Shown here piece after piece: positions 58,388 through 64,000 of a stretch of 64,000 nucleotides of DNA (position 1 is its first letter; the number at the start of each line of letters is the position of its first letter). Position numbers and translations under genes: made by a program. Location of the stretch: the NCBI GenBank assembly GCA_028534125.1, contig CM052817.1:3288001-3352000 (forward strand), read 5' to 3'. Under the pieces are notes generated by a model. The model was not told the DNA's origin and did not search any database. It saw only the letters and a list, made by a program, of their open reading frames with translations. This stretch comes from Lama glama (Eukaryota).

Positions 58388-60454
58388 GGACACTGGGCTC
58401 TGCAGGGAGGCTCCAAGTGGGGCCACTGACGTGGGTGGAGGACGTGGGCCTCCTCTCTGTCTGCTCTGCCAAGGCTCCAGGCCAACACTCACCCTACTCG
58501 GCCCCGGCCAACCAGGGGCAGAGGCTGCCTGCTGGGTTCTTCTCCCCAGGGGGACAGCTACTGGCAAGTGTCCCTGATGTGGCCAGCTGGCATCATACAA
58601 AGGCTCTTGCACCCAACCAGGCCACGTCCCCGGGCACCCCAGCCCTGTCCTGTCTGTCCCTTCCTCTGCTTCAGAGGGTGACAGAAGAGGAGCTGGCCCT
58701 GAGGTGGCCCATCCAGAGGTCAGAGACTTGAGTCTATGCCAGGAAGTCAGACGCCCCAGGACAGCCATCCCAGAAACTCAGAGTACCCAGGGGTGACTGC
58801 CTGTCCCAGGGGCCAGGTGGCACTGCTGTGGGTCACAGTGAGCTCAGGAAGGCTCAGATCCCACCCCTGTGTGGCCCAGTCCAATGCCACAGTCTGCACT
58901 GCACCTCTCAAGGTGAGACTTGGAGAACGTCCACTTTCAAATCAAAGCTCGCTGCCTGGCCAGTGGGAGTGACATCAGAGAAGCTTCTGGGGCTGCACCT
59001 TAGCATCTCCAGACTTGTTGCCACCCCTCCGTCCACCTGCTGCTAATCCCCCGCTCGGACACTGCTCCACAGACCGGAGCCCAGGTCCTGCCACCGGCCA
59101 CCTGCCCTGCCCACCTCCACGCCTCTGCACACGCGGTCCCTCCTCCATCTCCTGCTCATCCTTCAGGGCTTCAGGTAAGCATCACCTCCACCAAGAAGCA
59201 TCCCAGGCAGGGCCTGCTGCCCTGGTGCCGGGGACCCCCTTGGCCCAGCCCTGGGCCCCGGAGCTGCCGCCCCACAGGTCAGTGGGCTCCTCTTGGGCCA
59301 GGACCATGTCGGAGCCACCTGATTTTTCTCAGAAGTCCTGTGCTTGAGGGGAGTAAAGTGCCACCCACCCAGGCCAGTGCGCAGGTTTGTTTTGGGGGTA
59401 TCCCCTTCACCAAGACGCCCCCAGCATGCAGGCCAGCGATGCCCCACCCTGCCCTGGAGCCCAGGCCCCTCCTGCAGAAGCCCAGCACCAGGCCAGAGCA
59501 TGTGACTCAAAACTAAAGCACAAGGACTTTCCAGTGTCACTTCCCGGCCTTCCTCCCTAGGCCAAGAAAGCTGAGCAAGTCAGGCGGAGACACAAAAGGA
59601 AAATGCATTTGGTGCGGCCCCTGCTGTGAGGCCCCTGCCTCAGGCCCTCATCTGTCATTTGCAATGACATCCATGGGGCACCAACTCACCGGCTGAAAAC
59701 TGTCTGGGGCCGGAGTGCTGCCCCTTCCTCACCCTTGGCTGGGCCTCTGCCTCCAAGGTCTGGCTCCTGTCCTTTCTAGAATAAAGTTGCCCGGCTCTGA
59801 GGCCAAACAGCACTGAGAAGAGAGGCCGGAATTTGGGCCAAACAAACAGGATGCTCTGGAAGAGAAACCACCCTCCAGGAAGAGAGGTGGGGTGTGCCAA
59901 GGAAATCTGCCTGCAGACCTACTATGTGCTACCTTTGTGGGCCACCTACTGCGTGCTGAGGTCCCCACGCCCAGTGACAACAGGTGAGAGTGTCAGTACG
60001 CAGGGCACCCCAGCCAGGCCACTGGGCATCAGTTTTGTCCACCTCTGCAAACCCAGGGTTGGGAAGTCTTCTGTTTGCATCAGCACAGGTCCAAGCGTTG
60101 GCACGAATAAGACCCGCTCCTGCTTTCCCCTTCGCATCCTGGTGGAGGTGGAGACGGAGCCGATGGTTCCAGAAACCAAATCCTCCTGGCAGAAGCACCT
60201 CCCACCCCCCTGCAGCCGGCTGCCCCTCTCCTACCACAGTTTCTGTCCTCCAAAGGTCCCTCCCCACCCACACACGCCAGCCGATGGGTGGGAAACAGAG
60301 TGGAAAAAATGCATATGAAGGAAGATTTGTCACTCATCCTGCATGTAAAACAGAGGTCAGCTCCTTGGTAACCTCTGATTCCCTGGGCAGAAAGGAAGTA
60401 CCTCATTAGGGAATCTCCATTCATTCATTCTCCTCACAAACACCAGTGAGCACC

Positions 60455-60826
60455 CGTGATGGGCTGAATCGTGCCCCTGAAATCCACACGGTGAAGTCCT
60501 AACCCCCAGCACTGCAGAAAGAGGCTGTCGTTAGAGATCAGGTCTTTGAAGAGGTAATTAAGGTAAAATGAGGTCCCTGGGGTGGGTCCCCATCTAATCT
60601 GACTGGGTCCTTATAAGAAGTGGAGATTAGGACACAGACATGCACAGAGGGACGGCCACACGAGGGCACGGAGAGAGGATGGCCATCCACACACCAAGGA
60701 CAGAGGCCTCAGAAGAACCAGCCCGCCCTCACCTTGCTCTCAGACTCCCAGCCTCCAGGACGGTGAAACAAGTCTCTGTGTCATCCAGGCACTGCGCTCT
60801 TACAGAGGCCTCAGAAAAATGACACA
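60455..60826 (+). mobile_element. MaLR solo LTR (MLT1B-like)
   Basis: gggctgaatcgtgcccc, tgaagtcctaacccccag, ggtctttgaagaggtaattaaggtaaaatgaggtc, gtccttataagaag.ggagattaggacacagaca. Confidence 0.9.
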
Positions 60827-61479
60827 GCATGTTTTCCCATCTTCTGCAGCGGGGAGTGTTAAACGGAACTTTATTGGATGTGGGGGGTTCAGAGGAGGTC
60901 CATGAGGATGCCGTCCTCCGCGACGCTGGGCTGCAGCCCGGCTGGGGACCGGACCCCAGGGCACATGCCACTCTGAGGCAGGTGGGGACATAGGCAGAGG
61001 GGAAACCCAGACCCAGGGCCTGTCTGCCGCCGTGGCCACCTACGCACCCAGAGGCCGCTCTGGGCAAGGGCAAGAGATCCCACGTGGATGGCTCTGGGTA
61101 GCGTGGGGCAGCTTCAGGGGGCGGGGGTGCTCTGTTAAATGCCCTGTGCCTCGGGGCCCACCTGGAGCCTCTCTGCTGTCCCTCAAGAACCTTGAACCTC
61201 CTGGGGAAACGCCCTGTGTCCCAACTTTTAGGACTCGCGGTCACTAAGACCCAAGTGGAACCGGTTTAGCCAGATGCAAGGCTGAAGCCAGCAGGCCCTG
61301 GCCGACTCTGGCCCAGGAGGGCGGCTCTGGAGGGCGGCCTGCAGCTGAGGGGCCTGACCGTCGGGCAGTGTCCGCGGTGGGCCAGGCTCTGGGCTTCCAG
61401 GGGCCGTGATCAGCGCAGAGAGCGGGGGAGACGAGTTGATCAGCCCCACTGTTTACTGAGAAGCAAACAAGCCCCAGAC

Positions 61480-61590
61480 TCTGAACTCCAGCTCTGCTTC
61501 TCACTAGCCACCTATGGGCCTTTGAGAGTCACCTGAGCCCTGGGCCTCAGCTTCCTCATCCATAAAATGGGGTAATAATGTCACTAGGGC
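61480..61590 (+). mobile_element. MIR core
   Basis: ctgggcctcagcttcctcatccataaaatggggtaataat. Confidence 0.8.
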
Positions 61591-61979
61591 ACCAGGCGGC
61601 GGCGAGGGTGAAGGGCAGGGGTCAGTGGGGCCACCCCAGGCTCTGTGTGGGCGTCTGGCTCGCTCTGCTTTCTCCCAGACACCCAGCTTCAGCTGAAGAA
61701 ATGGACACTCAGAGGGATGGGGGCCCTTCTGCGGCCACACCGCGGGGGAGGGGGGCGGAGGAGGACCGAGGTGGAGCTGAGCTGAGACAGGCCGAGGGGC
61801 GGGTGCTGCCCGGGCCTCAAGGCCTCGCCCTCTGCGGGGCAGCTGGGCTGGTGGGTGCGGGACCCGCTTACCTGTTTGTCAGCAGAAGCCACAGGGCACA
61901 GAGCCTCCTAGAGAGCTCACAGCAAGGCGGGCCCTCGGGGCGGGGCAGTGCGCACGGAGGTGGGGCAGTCAGCCTCACC

Positions 61980-62100
61980 CTGTCTCTTGGTCTCCTCTTT
62001 CTGGCTTTCTTTCTGTCTCCCTCCTTTCTGTCTCTGTCTCCTCTCTGTCTCTCTGTGTCTCTCTCTCTCCATCTCTCTGTCTCTGACTCTCTGTCTCTCC
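61980..62100. repeat. (CT/CTGT)n pyrimidine-rich simple repeat
   Basis: tctgtctctgtctcctctctgtctctctgtgtctctctctctcc... Confidence 0.85.
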
Positions 62101-62849
62101 CTGGCTGTCACACACAGACACACCCCCAGGCACCTGCACCACCAGTGGGGCCTTCGTGCTGTGTGGCAGGCCCTCGGGTGACAGGCAGAGCTCCCAAGCT
62201 CAGACCATCCACAGCCCCACAGCTGCCTCCTCACCTCCATGGCCTCAGCTCCAGCCTCGCCCCCTCCCTGCCTCACCCCCAGCCGCCTGTCTGGGCTCCC
62301 TGCCTCCATCTGGCCTTCTCACTCCTTGCAGCCCTGGGCCTGGGCCTGGGCCTCACAAGTCCGAGCCGGCCTGCTCCTGCTCTCAGCTCCTCCATGGCTC
62401 CCACTGACTGGGGACAAAGCCCAACTCCCCGCAGCGATGGTTCAGGCTCTGCCCAACCCAGCTTGGTCACAGGCAGCTGTGGTCAGGGCTCAGCCGTCCA
62501 CACCTTGGACTTCGTCCTGCTCTGCGGGCCCACAGCTTCTGTTCCAGCCGGGGTGTTGGATGTGCTGGGGCTCAGTCCCCTCACTGGCCTACACTCCGGG
62601 GTGGGGACAGACGGGCCTGAGGGCTGGGGAGTCCTAACGCCCTGCACTGGGCCCACACACAGGAGTGCCCTGTGGATATCTGTGGGTGCGTGGATCTGGA
62701 CACCACCTCCCCTGGTCCTATAGGGAAATTGAGGCCCAGTGCGGCGCTGGCTCTGCCTCAGAGCTCCCTGCTGGTAGGTGGCGGGGCCTCCCAGCCTCCG
62801 GGCCAGGCTGCCTCTTCTGCTGAAGACCTGGATCTGGGCGCCAGGTCAC

Positions 62850-63150
62850 TGCATTCATTCAGTCACCCACTCATTCCTTCATTCACTCATTCATTCCCTC
62901 CCTCACTCATTCACTCACTCACACGCTCACTCTGTGGCTGATGGACACCCCTAGGTGCCAGGCCCCTCCAGATGCTGGAACCATGGACAGCAGACAGGAG
63001 CGCCCTGGCTGACCAGGGACGTGCATGTGTTGTGGGAGAAGCGGCCACAGCTTGGCTCATTAAGCCAAGGCCATGCAGCTGTGGTGAGAGGGGCTCAGCG
63101 GGGTGAGGGTCTCCTGACTGTGACTAGCAGTGGGTGCTGGGGGACCCTCA
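62850..63150 (-). mobile_element. L2 3' end with expanded (CATT/CACT)n tail
   Basis: cattcattcagtcacccactcattcc...gacaccctaggtgccaggccc-like. Confidence 0.65.
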
Positions 63151-64000
63151 CATGGTGCAGGAGGCCTGGGTGTGCAGGAGCAGTGAACCAGGCTGCTCCT
63201 GAGCAGGCACAACGAGGAGACAGTCTCACCTGAAGCCTGACCACTACGGGAACCCCAGGGGCCCAGGAAAGGGCCAGGGAGCAGAGGCCAAGGCTGCTCC
63301 CCCGTTTCAGCTGTGGTGGAGGCGGTCCCTCTGGTTTCTCTAATCCCTCCCCTTGGCTGGGGGGTAGCACCCACCAGCATGACCCCGGGGAACCCAACTT
63401 CACCAGTGGCTCTCACAAGCCAGATAAGACCCTCCATCAAATCCCCCAGACACAGACGAGGACCCTGAGGCCAGGGAGGGCAGCATGCCTGAGGTCACAT
63501 CCGGTCCGCAGATCCAGGACAAGAGCCCAGGTCTCGCAGCCTCCGCAGGCCCAGCCCACATCCCCCGTAGGACCCTCCATCACCGCCAACAGGAAGATGC
63601 AGCTGCCCCACGCGTCCCGTGGGCCCCATTCTTTGGGTTGTTTGAAGGGTAAAAAGGAGAGCAAATGGTATTTGTTTAACTAATTTCAAGGCTCAGGAAT
63701 TTCCAGATGTTCCCCCAGGTCCTGCCCCTCCGCAACTGGCCCCAGGTGCCTTTCTCACAAACTTCCCTCTGGGGGACAGAGGGCGGCTCCCTCGGGGATC
63801 CCTGGGTGTGGTGGAATTTCTGGCTGTCAAGGGCCCCCAGGGAGGAGGCCGTCAGATTCCTGGAAAACTGGAGCGATTTTCTAGGCCAAAAGCCTCCAGA
63901 GTCAACACAGAAGCCACCTGAGAAGCTTGACCTCTGGGCCCAGCTGAGGAAGAGGATGTCGGGGAGGCTCCAGGGGGCCGAGCAAGGAGCCAGCCCACCT

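Larger units (their letters stand above)
1255..64000 (-). other. SORCS2: Part of the long SORCS2 intron upstream of this exon (intron 2 by human numbering); runs past the window end
   Basis: No other SORCS2-like peptide found in the ORF track or by eye. Repeat-rich non-coding sequence. The mammalian SORCS2 intron 2 is recalled as being over 100 kb. Confidence 0.85.

Noticed and set aside
60700..60816. 15-bp repeat acagaggcctcagaa twice within the MLT1B LTR
   Set aside because: Inside a repeat and plausibly local slippage or chance; no functional implication.
61578..62723. Longest ORF (381 aa, + strand)
   Set aside because: It starts in a MIR and runs through a CT microsatellite (the SL-rich stretch). 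No recognisable domain and no saposin-type Cys pattern, so it is not PSAPL1. Long stop-free frames are expected at this GC content.
62975..62995. RE1-like ACCATGGACAGC
   Set aside because: Only the right half-site matches; the left half (TCAGC) is missing.
1255..64000. PSAPL1 retrogene or further known SORCS2 exons
   Set aside because: No ~500-aa saposin-domain ORF and no other SORCS2-like peptide seen; they probably lie outside the window.
1..64000. A novel multi-gene biological system
   Set aside because: The window is explained by one SORCS2 exon, introns and interspersed repeats; no operon-like, RNA-gene or enzyme-coding structure is supported.

Overview
GC-rich mammalian genomic DNA. 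It is probably from a cetartiodactyl, most likely a camelid: the young L1 3' ends point that way, and no BovB/Bov-tA/PRE1/CHR/Alu/B1 SINEs are visible. The only supportable coding sequence is one 100-nt minus-strand exon at 1155-1254 encoding (R)SSDFGTSYTKLTLQPGVTTVIDNFYICPTNKRK, recognisable as a VPS10P-domain exon of SORCS2 (exon 3 in the human gene model, from memory). Positions 1-1154 are the downstream intron and 1255-64000 are part of the very long upstream intron. The window is filled with MIR, L2, L1M, MaLR (MLT1), MER21-like, MER41-like, hAT and Tigger-like repeats plus microsatellites. The listed ORFs are incidental. I found no evidence of a new multi-gene system. The best second-look items are regulatory or splicing candidates: a perfect-core REST/RE1 site inside an L2, a GAS motif in a MER41-like LTR, a (UG)21-preceded cryptic poison exon, a possible in-frame 36-nt exon or alternative first exon near 61.9 kb, four perfect heat-shock elements, a degenerate counterpart of the human MIR4274 locus, nested retrotranspositions, and signs of local GC-biased evolution. 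Repeat names and boundaries come from recognition by eye and are approximate.
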